Source: Octopus sinensis
Lineage: Eukaryota
Direction: 5' to 3'
DNA: 37,698 nucleotides
Assembly (NCBI RefSeq): GCF_006345805.1
Contig: NW_021835938.1
Coordinates: forward strand, 1-37,698
A program made the position numbers and the translations under genes. The notes beneath the pieces are model-generated. The model was not told where the DNA came from. It made no database searches and was given only the letters and a program-made list of their open reading frames with translations. Every line of letters begins with the position of its first letter. The stretch's first letter is position 1. Of the stretch, positions 36,898 through 37,698 are shown piece by piece.

Positions 36898-37015
36898 ATT
36901 ACATAAATTTATATATATTATATATGTATATATGTATGTATATGTTGATATATAAATAATATGCACGCACTTACACTCACCTTTACACACGTATATATTT
37001 GTGTGTACATATAAA

Positions 37016-37046
<31 letters not shown>

Positions 37047-37180
37047 GGTAGTATGTATGTTTGTGTATGAGTGCACTTGTGTCAGAGTGTATAGTAAATA
37101 CAGGTAATTAAAATCAGAGAATCTACAGAATTAACAACAACAACAATAACAACAAACATAACAAAGATAATGATATTCGT

Positions 37181-37231
<51 letters not shown>

Positions 37232-37304
37232 CAGCAGCAGCAGGAATGGTTATCATTATCATCATCGTCGTGTCGTCGTCGTCATCATCATCATCATCAT
37301 CATT

Positions 37305-37470
37305 GAATTTTGTCCGTCTTCACGCCCTGAGTTCAAAATCCGCTGTGATCGACTTTGATTCTTATTCTTTCGGTGTCCGCAGAATATGCTGCAGACGAGC
37401 ACTGCGAACGATGCTAAAAGATTAACCACATTTCCCAAAATTCCAGGCTTTGTGCCTATAGCAGAAACAT
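37305..37470 (+). mobile_element. SINE family C, highly diverged
   Basis: ctgagttcaaaatccg..tcgactttgattcttattctttcgg..ggctttgtgcctatagcagaaac. Confidence 0.55.
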
Positions 37471-37698
37471 TTACCATCATCATCATCATCATCACCATTA
37501 TCATCATCATAGTTATTCCTGTTGTTGTTGTTATTATTATTGTTGTTGTTGCTGCTGTTATAGATGTCGCACAGTATACAATATCGTGAAATTGTGCATT
37601 GAAGATATTGTGTCAACTGTCAAGGTTTTTACTGTCTGTCAAGTCACAACAAGGACCTCAGGCAGACCATACTTGACGCAATATGCATGCAGTTCCAT

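Overview
Repeat-dense, AT-rich animal genomic DNA that looks intronic or intergenic. The SINE families and microsatellite load suggest an octopus or other coleoid cephalopod, which is an inference from pattern recognition and not a database result. No intact host protein-coding gene is supported, and almost all ORFs in the track are microsatellite or SINE translations. The window holds many tRNA-derived SINEs (three or four families), a 5'-truncated CR1/L2-type LINE end, two decayed mariner elements with nested SINEs, hAT and pogo/Tigger-like MITEs, and several non-autonomous Helitrons. It also holds Penelope-like (PLE) remnants. The most notable signal is five hammerhead-ribozyme-like motifs from four unrelated repeat families. 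One has an intact core, and two sit in long near-perfect inverted duplications within (TA)n tracts. Another lies at the 3' end of an element with a tRNA-like (pol III) head. One mariner has been rebuilt into a long-TIR element encoding only the DNA-binding domain.
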